From: Hydrurus foetidus
Taxonomy: Eukaryota
NCBI GenBank assembly: GCA_900617105.1
Contig: UYFQ01000852.1
Span: forward strand, 62,001-126,000
Direction of reading: 5' to 3'
DNA length: 64,000 nt
Shown here: in pieces, positions 23,122 through 34,627 of the stretch
Layout of the letters: each line of letters starts with the position of its first letter
Position numbering within the stretch: position 1 is the stretch's first letter
Translations under genes and position numbers: made by a program
Notes under the pieces: generated by a model
The model's input: the letters and a program-made list of their open reading frames with translations, nothing else
Database searches by the model: none
Told to the model about the DNA's origin: nothing

Positions 23122-24358
23122 GGTCGGTTCGCCTCTTTCGTCCGGGCAAGGTCACGCTGGCGTCGCGGAAGCCCGGCCTGGCCGGCGTCCGACAATTCGG
23201 TCTGTACGTCAGACCCTCGGACGAGCGTCAGATCGACCGGGCATCGATCCGCGATTTCCAGGATGCTCGCGCGCTGATCAGCGGTCAGCGGCCCTTCGAG
23301 GACGACGGTGCGGGTGAACCGGTCGGGAGGCATCATGTCCTGATCTTCTCATGCCGGACGGTCGTACTGGCCGTTCCAGCAGGAACCCTTGCGATCCGCG
23401 TACAGCCTCATCGTCATCACCGTGCAGGCGGCGAGGCCGGCCGAGACCAGTTCGAAGGGGTGACAGGCCGGTTCGAGACCGCCGACCGACGCCGGCTCGT
23501 CGGCGAGCAGGGGCATGGTCGCCGCTGCGGATATTGAGCTGGGAATTTCCCCGCAAGCGTCTCGGTGGCGACGACGCCCTCGGCGACCTCGATCTGGGGA
23601 AGATCGGTCATGAGGAGCAGGAGAACCGGCTCGCCCACGCCACCACCATGGCGGCCGCGTAGCACATCCTCCACGTCGCTGAGAAGATGATCCCCTTGTC
23701 GAGCGAGATGAAGCTTTTCGGGTGTTTGGACGCGAGGAAGAGGCGAGAGGCGTGATCGAGGCCGACCACATCATCCAGGGGAATGCATGATCAGAACCGG
23801 CCGAAGAGACGCGATACAGGTCTCGACGTCGAGCTTCTCCAACCGCCTCCAGAGAATGCGGCAGACCAAAGGATCTGCCCGCGATCTCGACCGAGGCTTC
23901 GCCGTCGCGCCTGATGGCGTCCACCTCGTCCGGTCGCAGGTTCTGCAGGATATGCTCAAGATCGGCCGGCGCGCCGATGGTCGCCACCGCCGCAATGTCA
24001 GGCAGTTCGGCCGCGGCAATGACCGCGGCGGCGGCTTCAGGCTGTGCCCGACCAGGAGGGAGGGCGACATCCCGCGGCCGCCATGGCCTGAGCGGCGGCC
24101 CGAAGATCCTCGACGTCCGACAGGAAGCTGAGGGCCCCATCCCTGGATCCCGGTGCCGGCAAAGTCGAACCTCAGGACCCCGATGCCCGCACGCGACAGC
24201 GCACGCGAGATGCGAACGCGGCGTGACTGTCCTTCCCGCAGGTGAAGCAGTGGGCGAGGATCGCCCAGCCGCGCGGCGTCCCCTCCGGCCTTCAAGTCGC
24301 CCGGAGAGCGGAAGCCGGCCCCGCCGACAAACGTGAATGTTGTTCCGGCCATATGCAT
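23118..24358 (-). CDS. Bifunctional alpha/beta hydrolase-OsmC protein
   Basis: AHCFTCGK, LRFDFAG, LVGHSL, VATIGAP; OsmC part ADEPASVGG, AGLAACTVMTMRLYA, IADRCPV. Confidence 0.9.
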
Positions 24359-24447
24359 CGAACCTTCAGCGGGTCCGGCGGCTGCGCTCGATTCTCGCGG
24401 ACGAGACGCGCAGTCGCTGACCGGTGAACGTCATCTCGCCTCCTTAT

Positions 24448-24502
24448 TATATGCGGCGCGCATATAGACAAGCCCGCCAATATTATATGCGTCGCGCATA
24501 CT
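24448..24502. promoter_or_regulatory. Two tandem MarR-type operators (copies 3 and 4) between the divergent osmC-hydrolase and LysR genes
   Basis: TATATGCGGCGCGCATATA (24448-24466) and TATATGCGTCGCGCATACT (24484-24502). Confidence 0.8.
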
Positions 24503-24565
24503 TCTTGGTCCGCTTTCCGTGGGCATGGCGGTAGAGGCGTCTGTCAGGGGATGGGCCGAACGGCT

Positions 24566-25429
24566 ATGGAACTCACTCAGGTCAGCTATTTCATCAACCT
24601 CGCCGGAACGCTGAACTTCACGGCGGCGGCGGATGAGCGGCGTGTCACAGCCCAGTCTGACTCGCGCCATCCGCCGCCTGGAGAGGAGCTCGGCGGACCG
24701 CTGATTCATCGCGACGGGAAGAACAGCCGCCTGACCGGCCTCGGTCAGGACGTCGAGGTGGAGTTCCGGCGCATGATGGCGGCGATGAAGAGCGTTCGCG
24801 ATCACTCGAGAACTGGGCGATGGGCCGGCACCGCGTGCTGGACGTCGCCGTCGCCCACAGCATCGGACCGGAGATTTGCGGCCTTCTTCGAGAGCATCCT
24901 GTTGGCGGCGCCATCGATTGAAATCAGGCTACATTCGCTTCCAGTCGGGTGAGACACCTCGAAATCCTGTCCGGAAAATACCACGCCTGCATTCTGACGC
25001 GCGAAACCCGACCGGACCGCAAGGTGGATGTGCACTCTCTTTTCAGGAGCGTTTCGTCCTCGGATGCGCCGAGCATCGTCCTCTGGCGGCCCGCGAGATC
25101 GTCCGCATTGAGGACCTCCTCGCGTTTCCTTTCGTCGATCGGCTGAACTGCGAGTTTCGCGACCGGATTCTCGATCACTTCCGGCACGGAGACACGCTCA
25201 TGCAGCCCGCTTCCGGTCGGATCGCGAGGACTGGGTGCAACGGGTCGTCGCCGACAGCGACGCCGTCTGCATTCTCCCGAACGCTCGGCCACTGCCCCGG
25301 CCTAATCACCCGGCAGATCGAAGGCCTGATCCTGGAGCGGGAGATCGTGATGGCGACGGTGTCCGGCTCACGGCGGCGGTCGAAATCCCCAAGATCGCGC
25401 ACCTGGCGTCCGGCTACGCGTGGAGCTGA
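24566..25429 (+). CDS. LysR-family regulator, candidate activator of the redox genes
   Basis: MELTQVSYFINLAGTLNFTAAA..VSQPSLTRAIRRLEEELGGPLIHRDG; FVDRLNCEFRD. Confidence 0.88.
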
Positions 25430-25450
25430 ACGAGGCAGCGAGCTTCACAG

Positions 25451-25487
25451 CTATGGAAACTATAGGCGTCGCGTATTGGCTAAATCG
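25451..25487 (+). promoter_or_regulatory. LysR/OxyR-like box (copy 1) upstream of msrB
   Basis: CTAT-GGAAACT-ATAG-GCGTCGC-GTAT-TGGCTAA-ATCG. Confidence 0.75.
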
Positions 25488-25576
25488 ACGAGGCGCTGCG
25501 ATACTCGACGGCACGACTGACCAGGTAAGCTGAGCGTAGTGTATCCGGCCCTCTAAACAAGTTATTGGAGACCAAC

Positions 25577-26026
25577 ATGAAGTTCGAAAAGTCGCAAGCG
25601 GCGATCGACAAGCTGACCCCTGAGCAACGCCGGGTCACCCAGAAGTCGGGCACCGAGAGGCCCTTCACCGGAGAGTACAACGACAACAGGCGGCAGGCAT
25701 CTACGTCGACATTGTATCGGGAGAGCCGCTGTTCGCCTCCACGGACAAGTTCGATTCAGGGACGGGCTGGCCGAGCTTCACAAAGCCCATCATTGCGGCG
25801 AACGTGAACGAGGTGCGCGACAGCGCGCACGGCATGGTGCGGACCGAGGTCAGGTCGGCGCACGCCGACGGTCATCTCGGCCACGTGTTCCCCGATGGTC
25901 CCAGGGACAAGGGCGGCCTGCGCTACTGCATCAACTCCGCCTCCCTCCGCTTCATCCCGCGCGATGAAATGGAGGCCGCGAGCTACGGCGACTATCTCGA
26001 ACAGGTGAAGGAAGCGGTATGCATGA
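25577..26026 (+). CDS. msrB: Peptide-methionine (R)-S-oxide reductase
   Basis: [50 protein letters not shown]. Confidence 0.95.
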
Positions 26027-26538
26027 GCGCGCAGTTCTCGCGGGCGGGTGTTTCTGGGGCATGCAGGATCTGATCCGCAAACAGCCCGGCATCGTCTCGA
26101 CCCGTGTCGGTTACACCGGCGGCGATGTTCCGCACGCCACCTATCGCAATCACGGCACCCATGCCGAGGGATCGAGATCATCTTCGACCCGGCGGTGACG
26201 AGCTACAGGACGTCCTGGAGTATTTCTTCAAGATCCACGATCCGACGACCAAGAACCGCCAGGGCAACGATGTCGGCCTCTCCTACCGATCGGGGATCTG
26301 GTACGCCGACGAGGAACAGAAGCGCATCGCGGAGAGACGATCGCCGACGCGGACGCCTCCGGCCTGTGGGCTGACAAGGTGGTCACCGAGGTCCAGCCGG
26401 TCGGCGAGTTCTGGGAGGCCGAGGCGGATCATCAGGACTACCTGGAGAAGCGGCCGAACGGCTACACCTGCCACTTCCCACGGCCCGACTGGGTGATCCC
26501 CAGGCGTCAGACTGCAACCGGATCCGCAGCGGAATAGG
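26023..26538 (+). CDS. msrA: Peptide-methionine (S)-S-oxide reductase (copy 2)
   Basis: [51 protein letters not shown]. Confidence 0.93.
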
Positions 26539-26669
26539 TTTCGCGGCCGTTGCATCCGCACCGGTCGGTTCGCAATGTCGATGACCGCATAACAGGACGA
26601 TGCGGTCATCGACCCGGCCTTGACGAGGAGCGTCGTTTCCGTCCGCCGCAGCACCAGGATCGCAGAACC

Positions 26670-27373
26670 ATGCCGGACCTCTCGTCATTTCCCATCACGC
26701 AGCGCTGGCCGGCCGCTCATCCCGATCGTCTGCAGCTGTACGCCTTCCCACGCCCAACGGCGTGAAAGTCTCGATCATGCTGGAAGAGACCGGCCTGGCC
26801 TATGAGCCCCATCTGATCGACATTTCGAAAGACGAGTCCAAGGACCCGGCCTTCGTGTCCTTGAACCCGAACGGCCGCATTCCTGCGATTATCGACCCGC
26901 ACGGGCCACACGGCGAACCCATCGCGGTGTAGGAATCCGGCGCGATCCTGGTCTACCTCGCCGAGAAGACCGGCCTGTTTCTTTCGAGTGCGTCCGCCCA
27001 ACGCTACGAGACCCTGGCCTGGGTGTTCTTCCAGATGTCGGGCATCGGCCCGATGTTCGGCCAGCTCGGCGTCTACGTGCGCGGACCCGGCAAGGATTTC
27101 GAGGACAAGCGGCCCCGACAGCGGTTCGCCGATGAGTCCAACCGCCTCCTGGCCGTTCTGGATCACCGGCTGGAAGGCCGCGACTGGATTGTCGACGATT
27201 ACTCCATCGCCGACATCGCCACCCTCGGCTGGGTCAATGCGCTTGCCGGCACGTACAACGCCGGCGATCTGGTGGATTTCGACGCCTACGCAAACGTGCA
27301 GACCTGGCTGCGCCGCGACCTGGCCCGACCTGCGGTCCAGCGCGGCCTGCTCATCCCCGCGAGGCCGGCATGA
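26670..27373 (+). CDS. Glutathione S-transferase (YfcG/YghU-like)
   Basis: [53 protein letters not shown]. Confidence 0.9.
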
Positions 27374-28332
27374 GCGTCATCGCCGCATACTACTACAGGG
27401 ACGGCAGACGCATCCGGGAGATCGGGATCGACGAGCGCCTGCCGTTGGACGAGGGGCGCTCGGGCTTCTGCTGGATTGCGCTTCATGACCCTGCCGCCCA
27501 TGAGCTCAGCGCGCTCCGCAAGAGCTATGACCTCCATCCTGGCGGTCGACAATGCCATGCACGCGCTGTGCCCGCCCAAGCTCGAGGTCTACAACGGCGA
27601 ACTCTACATCGTCGCCCAGACCGCCGAACTGGTCGGCGACGGCATCCGATACGGCAAGACGGCCATATTCACCGGCCACAACCACCTGATCACCGTCAGG
27701 CACGGCAACGGCGGAGCACTCGGGAATCTTCGAGAGCAACTCGAGGGCTCGCCCATGCTCTTCGGTCAGGGTGTCGACTACGTGCTGCACGCTGTTCTGC
27801 ATCGAATCGTCGACCAGTATCTGCCCATCTTCGAGATGATCGAGGACGACGTGCTGGAGATGGAGAAGCGGTCGCTGGACGACGTTCTCGACCGGGCCGA
27901 CGTCGCGCGGATCTTCGCACTGAGAGGCGAACTCACGCGCTTCCAGCGTACGCTCGGCGGCATGGTCGAGGTCGTCAGAAAGCTCGTCCGCGGGCATTTC
28001 CTGCATCAGCGAGGAGGTGAGGCCGTATTTCAACGACGTCGCCGATCATGTCGATCGCGTGCAGTCCATGGTCGACGGCCTTCTTGTGAATCTGTCGTCG
28101 GTCTTCGAGTTCAGCAGCCTTCTGGAGGCGCAGAGGACGGGCATGAGCACCCGCCGGCTCGCGGCCTGGGCGGCGATCTTGGCGGTCCCGTCGGCGATGG
28201 CGGGGATCTACGGTATGAACTTCACGCACCTGCCGGGCCTCAACTCGGCGTACGGATGGCTCGTTGTCCTCGGGCTGATGGCGGCGACCTGTGTTCCTGT
28301 TCGTGCGCTTCAAGAAGGCCAAATGGCTATGA
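27370..28332 (+). CDS. corA: CorA-family divalent cation transporter
   Basis: FCWIALHDP, RPYFNDVADH, AGIYGMNF signature. Confidence 0.9.
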
Positions 28333-28426
28333 ACGCCACCGCTCTCGCCACTCGCCGTCATCCGACGGACGACAGCCCGCCGTTTGCCGAGGCGGGCTCA
28401 GATCAACGGCAGACAAAGGTGAAGCC

Positions 28427-29013
28427 ATGACATCCCAGATTACCGACGTCATCGACGCAGTGCAGTCGTTCGTCGCCAGGGCTACGACCGCGAATACCGC
28501 GTCAAGGACGGCCAGCTCATCGATCTCGAACTCGGATCGACGCTCGAGGCCTGCAACGAACGTCGATGCGGCCCTGCGCCTCGAAAGCGGGATGACGCCG
28601 AAGACGCCTCCAACATCTACGCGATCACGGATCCCGCGACCGGTCACAAGGGCCTGCTGATCGACGCCTTCGACGTTTTCGACGAGCTCTGTCACGCCGA
28701 CTTCTCCGAGCGGCTCGTGGCGAACCGGGAAACAACGCAGACCGGCGGCCAAGACGTACCGATGAAGTACGGGCTGCGCAAAATCTACAAGGCCGAGTTC
28801 GAGCAGGACACCGCGCGTTACATCCTGCGCGAGGGCTTTCCGGATTTCCCGCCCTGTCCGTTCGGCCAGGAGTACAGCATTCTCGGCTTCGACACCGCCG
28901 AGCAGTCCTATGTCTGGCTGGTCACGAGCATCATTCGTGATTCCCGGCTGATCAGGGTTCCCTACCAGGGCGAAGATGTCATCGACGAGGACCAGAGCGA
29001 TCCACGGCTGTAG
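28427..29013 (+). CDS. Hypothetical two-domain protein
   Basis: Stitched MTSQITDVIDAVQSF..GYDREYRVKDG...DASNIYAITDPATGHKGLLIDAFD...KYGLRKIYK...FPDFPPCPFG. Confidence 0.65.
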
Positions 29014-29083
29014 AGTCCCGACCCAGGCGATCACGGCCAATCCGGCCCGCCATCCTGAAACCCAGAAACACGACGAGGAAACG

Positions 29084-29529
29084 ATGGACTGGAACAAAGA
29101 CCACATCCGCGAGACCATGCTTTCGCTGGAGACGGCCGCGCTGAACAGCGCTCGCGAACATTATCAGGACTATGTCTGCGACGCCCGGATCGATCGATCC
29201 GAACCGAACGACAACCACGTGCATTCGCAGGCTGAGATCGCGAGCGACTTCGCTGAATCGCTTGACGACACAATCCATGACCAGGCCGACAAGCTGGAAA
29301 CGCTGCGGACCATCGATTTCGGTCCCAGGTCGACCGTGGGCGAAGGCGCGGTCGTCAAGCTGTCCGGCCGCTGGTTCGTGATCGCGGTGTCGACGAACCG
29401 GTTCAAGTGTCAGGGCGCGAGTTCATGGGCATTTCCACCATGGCCCATCTACGAAGCGATCGAAGCGCCAAGGCCGGAGAGGTCATCGAGTTCAATGGCC
29501 GCACCCTCACCGTCGAGGACGTCGGCTAG
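29084..29529 (+). CDS. Hypothetical protein with GreA/GreB-like architecture
   Basis: Helical N-terminus, then TVGEGAVVKL..WFVIAVS and a C-terminus resembling the Gre C-terminal domain. Confidence 0.55.
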
Positions 29530-29559
29530 GCCCCGTCCTCGACGACCGACGGGCGGCGC

Positions 29560-30795
29560 GGCTCGCTCTGCGACGCCTCCTTCATCCGGATCATCGCCTC
29601 AAGGGATCCGGTGATCATGGGCGTGCCGGACAAGGATGGCTCTCGCCCGGATGGGGCGAGGCGCCGTCCTGCGGGCAAGGGCCAGCACCGCCAAAATCGC
29701 GAGGACAGCCGCCGCATGAGGAACAGGCCGCCGGGGCCGACGAGGTTCATCACGGCGCCGCCTATGATCGGCCCGGCGGCTGTCCCGATCCCGTTGAGCA
29801 GCAGAAGCCCTCGCGCGGTGCCCAGCAGCCGATCGGGGGAGGTCGTCGTTGGCGACGGCGAGACACAGGGAATAGATCGGGATGCCGAAGCCGCCGAACA
29901 GAGCCCGCGACCAGGAGCAGCGGCAGGCCTGGACCGCCAAGGCCACGCCGACGGCGGCCACGGCCGACGCCAGGGCGCCGGCGATTACGACGTTCCGGGA
30001 CACGCGGTCCGAGAGCCAGCCGAGGGGCCACTGCAGGACAAGGGTTCCACCCAGAACCGCGGCCATGAAGGCGGAGATGCCGCCTACATCAAGGCCGATC
30101 CTCTGGCCGAAGTTCGGGCCCATGCCCCAGAACCCGCCGATGGCCAGTCCGGCCAGGAAGGCGCCGGCCGCAGCGAGGGGCGACATGACGATAAGGTCCC
30201 TGAACGCGACCGGCTGCTGTTTCACCTCGGCCGGCGGACGTGTGGGCAGGAGGGTGATCGGAACCACCGCCGCCGAGATCAGAAGCGAGACGATCAGGAA
30301 CAGTGTCAGGCCCGCGGGCGGTGCGACGTTGAGAAGCCCTGCCCGACGGCCCATGACCCCATCGACACGACTCCGAAGATCGACAGCAGCTGGCCGCGCG
30401 TCGACGGCATGGCATGGGCGTTGAGCCAGCTCTCCGTCGCCAGGATCATGCCCGCGTAGGCGAAGCCTGTGACGAGGCGAAGCGGCATCCAGGCGACTGG
30501 CTCCACGACCGCGCCGTGGACCAGCGCGGTCATCGACGCGATCGCGGCGAAACCGGCGAAGGTCCTGACATGGCCGACCGACACGATGATCCGGGGCAGG
30601 ACGAGCGCGCCGATCGTGAAGCCGGCGAAGTAGAAGGACATCATCGCGCTGATCGCGCCGCCGGAAATCCTCCTGGCCGGCCCTCACGATCAGGAGCGTG
30701 CCCAGAAGGCCGTTTCCCAGCAACAGGGCGGCGACGCTCAGCAACAGGCCCGCCACCGGCGCGAGCACGAGGCCGCGCCTGGAGGCCGCCATCAT
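29560..30795 (-). CDS. MFS transporter (YcaD-like)
   Basis: LLLLGNGLLGTLL, SVGHVRTFAGFA, ILATESWLN, QWPLGWLSDR. Confidence 0.88.
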
Positions 30796-30880
30796 GGTCT
30801 CGACCGACCGTTTCATGTCAAGAACGGGCGCAAGGCCTGATGTGCTGCGGCGCGGATCAGGACAGGGGACCATCGCATGG

Positions 30881-31350
30881 CTACCTGCTCCAGTTCCTTG
30901 ACGATCTGGTCCGCGTCGAGATGGAAGTCCGAGAAGACGATGTGGCCGCCGGCGTCGATGACGGCGAACCACGGCGTTCCACCTGTTCCGTAGTCCTCCA
31001 TGAAGCTGGGAAGCCTCGTGCCCGCCGCCGGTTCATCGTGGCCGAACGCGAGGGGAAGCTCGTACCTGAGCTGGTTCACGCGAAGCTTCTCGAAGGTGTT
31101 CTCCTCCGCGCCTTCGAAGACGGTCTGGATCACCGCGAACCCCACGCCCCTGGGACCCAGGGCGCGATGCAGCCTCTGCAGCGTCGGGAAGCCGTGCACA
31201 TGGCAGCCCTGACACCAGTGCTGGAAGGCGAACAGGATTTTCGGCCCGGTCCCGAGATCAGACAAAGTGAGCGGCGCGGCGAGGGTGGCGCCATCCTCGC
31301 CGATCCACCGCTGCACCCGCAGTTCGGGCCTGTGCTTCGGCCATGCTCAT
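30881..31350 (-). CDS. Thioredoxin-fold redoxin (TlpA/peroxiredoxin-like) with CxxC
   Basis: FAFQHWCQGCHVHGFP, IQTVFEG, GTPWFAVID. Confidence 0.85.
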
Positions 31351-31523
31351 CGGTTTCTCCAGCCGGGTGTGGAAGCCCGCTGACGGTCGACACTGGCGAC
31401 GACGGGCGAACGTCCGGCCTTGTCTGCGTCCTGCGCCCTGAAGTCTTCGTCGCCAGATCGGAACGTCTGCGAACCTGTAGTCGGAACACGAGTTCTCGTG
31501 ATCGCGACTATGAAGCCTGCCCG

Positions 31524-31560
31524 GACCATAGCCAATAGCGGCCCGACATAGTTTCCATGC
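31524..31560 (-). promoter_or_regulatory. LysR/OxyR-like box (copy 2) upstream of the redoxin
   Basis: Minus strand GCAT-GGAAACT-ATGT-CGGGCCG-CTAT-TGGCTAT. Confidence 0.65.
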
Positions 31561-31660
31561 CTCGCCGTTCTCCCCTGTCAGACGCGGCCGAAGACGCGCG
31601 AACGCCTCGGCGACGCTTCGACCCGGCCGAACCCTGCGCATCCGGCATCCCGGGACGTCG

Positions 31661-31697
31661 CTATCAAAACTATAGCGAAGGGGTATTGGGAAAACAG
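31661..31697 (+). promoter_or_regulatory. LysR/OxyR-like box (copy 3) upstream of the Mo-enzyme operon
   Basis: CTAT-CAAAACT-ATAG-CGAAGGG-GTAT-TGGGAAA-ACAG; TATAGT at 31711. Confidence 0.7.
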
Positions 31698-31893
31698 GCT
31701 GGCGGGGCGCTATAGTCAAGTTACGACAGTCGCGGCGCAGATTGGTTCCAGACAGTTCTATACTGACGGCAGACCAGTTTTCTGATTTTCGCACGGCCCG
31801 CAGACGCGACGACTGTTCGCACCGGGGTCCTGTACAGAAATCGGAAGTGAACCCGGATGCAATCTGTCGTCATCAGCGGGAGGACACAGGCGC

Positions 31894-32497
31894 ATGGTCA
31901 CCAGAGGGTTCACCGGCCGCGGTTCAGGCGGCGACACGGACAAGCGGATTCCGCCCGGTCAGCATCTCGTGGAGAACTTCCCCGTCCTGACGGCCGGTCC
32001 GACGCCGAGCATCGAACTCGCGGACTGGAAGTTCACGATCAAGGTCGGCCCCAAACCTCACAAGAGCTGGAACTGGGCCGAGTTCAACGCCCTGCCCAAG
32101 ACCAGGATGACGGCCGACATCCACTGCGTCACCGCCTGGTCCAAGCTGGACACCAGATGGGAGGCGTCCTCATCGAGGACATCCTGGCCGACGCGGGCTG
32201 GATCAGCCCACCGACTTCGTCCTGGCGCACTGCTACGACAACTATTCGACCAACGTTCCCCTGGCCGACCTGCTGTCGGGCAGAGCGATGGTCGCCGTCA
32301 CCTACGACGGCAAGCCGCTCGAGCGCGATCACGGAGGTCCGGCGCGGCTCCTGGTCCCGCACCTCTACCTGTGGAAATCCGCCAAATGGGTGAATGCGCT
32401 CCAGTTCACGACCCGGGACGAGCCCGGGTTCTGGGAGGGACACGGCTATCACATCTACGGCGATCCCTGGCGCGAGCAGAGATACACCAATGACTGA
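31894..32497 (+). CDS. Sulfite-oxidase-family molybdopterin oxidoreductase (MsrP/YuiH-like, no signal peptide seen)
   Basis: RIPPGQH, DIHCVTAWSK, HGGPARLLVPHLYLWKSAKWV, GFWE..GYH..GDPWREQRY. Confidence 0.9.
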
Positions 32498-33231
32498 AAC
32501 CGGCCCAGCTGGCGACGTGGCAACCCTGCGTGATCGCAGACATCATCCAGCAGACGCCGGGCATCAAGAGCTTCTTCTTCTGGCCCGAGCGACCCTTCGT
32601 TCATATCCCGGGCAGCACGTCGATGTCCGGTTGACCGCGCCCGACGGCTACACCGCGATGCGGAGCTACTCGATCGCCTCGTCGGCGATCTCGTCCCCGA
32701 CGCTCGAGCTCGCGATCGAGCGTCTGCCGGACGGCGAAGTCTCGAGCTTCTTCCACGATATCGCCGCAGTCGGCGACGAGATCGAGATCCGGGTCCGCTC
32801 GGCGGCCACTTCCTGTGGCCCCAACCCGCCATGGACCCCGTGCTTCTGATCGGCGCGGGGTCCGGACTCGTGCCGCTGATGGCGATGATCCGGCAGCGTC
32901 GCGCCTGGGCTCAGGACGTTCCGACCGCCCTGCTTCTCTCCGCGCGGACGGCTGAGGACGTTCTCTTCTCGGAAGAGCTCCACGCCGCCGAGATGACCGA
33001 TCCGACGTTCGTCCTGGCCCTGGCGATCACGCGCGACACGCCCGCCCGCGCCTCGGACTTCGGGCGGCGGATCGACAGCGCGATGATCGCCGACGTCGTC
33101 GCCCGCCTCCCGCAAAGCCCGAACACGTCTTCGTTTGCGGGTCCAACGGCTTCGTCAACATCGCCGTCGACGGCGCGCTCCTGGCCGGCCTTGATCCGTC
33201 GATCATCAAGACCGAACGCTATGGCGGATAG
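32490..33231 (+). CDS. FAD/NAD(P)-binding ferredoxin-reductase-like oxidoreductase
   Basis: PGQHVDVRL, RSYSIAS, GEVSSF, LIGAGSGLVPLMAM, FVCGS, IKTERYGG. Confidence 0.9.
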
Positions 33232-33365
33232 CGTCCCGGTGACCCGGTGGTCTTGGGCTGAAGGCTCATGGGCGCGCCGGATGCGATCGCGCTGCACGAT
33301 CCCGGATCAACGCTCTCCCGGCCGTGGCGGCTCTCCGCGCTGCGCCAACCCTGATCGAGGTCGTC

Positions 33366-34613
33366 ATGAACCGCTTTGCCCAACCCGTCTTCATCGCCCC
33401 CGGCCTGCGGACCCCTTCGGCCGCGGAGGCGGCGCGCTTGCGGCCTATGACGCGATCTCCTTTCCGTGCCCGTCATGCAGGCGATGGCGGCGCAGGCGAC
33501 GCCCGACCTCCTCATCTGGGGAACCGTGATCCCGAACGGGCTGGAGCAACATCGCGCGCGAGGCCTGGCTTGACGCCAAACTGGATCCAACGGTTCCGGC
33601 CTTCTCCGTCGTCCTGGCCTGCTCCACCAGCATGACGGCGGCCGTCGCCGCAGCAGGGATGCTGGGCAAGGGGACGGATCTCACGATGGTCGGGGGCCGA
33701 AGTCATGAGCCGGCCTTCGATCGCCCTGACCGCCGAGGCGTCGAAGCGGCTCACTGACCTCTTTGCGAAGGACGCAATGGCCGCGCTTGCAGCCCTGCAG
33801 GCGCTCACTCCCACCGACTATGTGCTTCCCACCAAGGGCTGGGCCAACCGGATCACCGGCAAGAGCATGGGGGATCATATGGAGGATACCGCCAAGGCCT
33901 GGCGGATCTCCCGCAGGCGCAGGACGACTGGGCGCTCAGAGCCACCAGCGCGTCGTCGCGGGCTGGGAGCGGGGTTTCTTCGACGATCTGGTGGTCTCCC
34001 TGCCCGAACTGGTGCGTGATGCGAACCCGCGCGCCGACACCTCATCCGAGCGACTGGCCGCATTGAAGCCGGCCTTCGACCGCACGAGCGGGATGGGAAC
34101 CCTCACCGCCGGCAACAGCTCGCCGATCACCGATGGGGCCGCCGGTTGCTGGGTCGCCTCCGGACGGTCTGGCGAGACTTCCGGAGGGAACCCCTACGCG
34201 CGGCTCGTCGACTACGAAATCTCGGCCGTGGATTTCCACATGGAGGGTTCTCATGGCCGTCCTATGGCATTCCACGCCTGCTCGCGCGCAACAAGCTCGA
34301 CTTCTCTGACATAGCCCTGTGGGAAATCCATGAGGCCTTCGCGGCCCAGGTCCTGGCGAACGTCGCGGCCATCACCGACCCGGAGTGGGTGCGCGAGACG
34401 GCCGGCGTCGGGGCGGCCATGGGAGATTTCGACTGGGACCGCGTCAATCCCAACGGAGGCTCGGTCGCCTGGGCCATCCGTTCGCCGCCACGGGGCGCGC
34501 GACCTGAGCCAGGCGGTGAAGGAACTCTGGGCCTTGCCCCCGGCTCGCGGGCGATCGTCAGCATCTGCGCCGACGGCGGTCAGGGCACGGTCGCCCTGCT
34601 GGAACGCGGCTGA
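33366..34613 (+). CDS. Acetyl-CoA C-acyltransferase (thiolase)
   Basis: VLACSTSM, TAGNSSPITDGAA, WEIHEAFAAQVL, VNPNGGS, SICADGGQG. Confidence 0.9.
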
Positions 34614-34627
34614 AGGGGATCGCCGAT

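Noticed and set aside
24448..24502. Tandem repeats as a mini-CRISPR
   Set aside because: Only two 19-bp palindromic units 17 nt apart and no cas genes; an operator pair is the simpler explanation
26929..26931. In-frame TAG in the GST gene as possible recoding
   Set aside because: A single substitution error at an aromatic-residue codon before ESGAIL is more likely given the data quality
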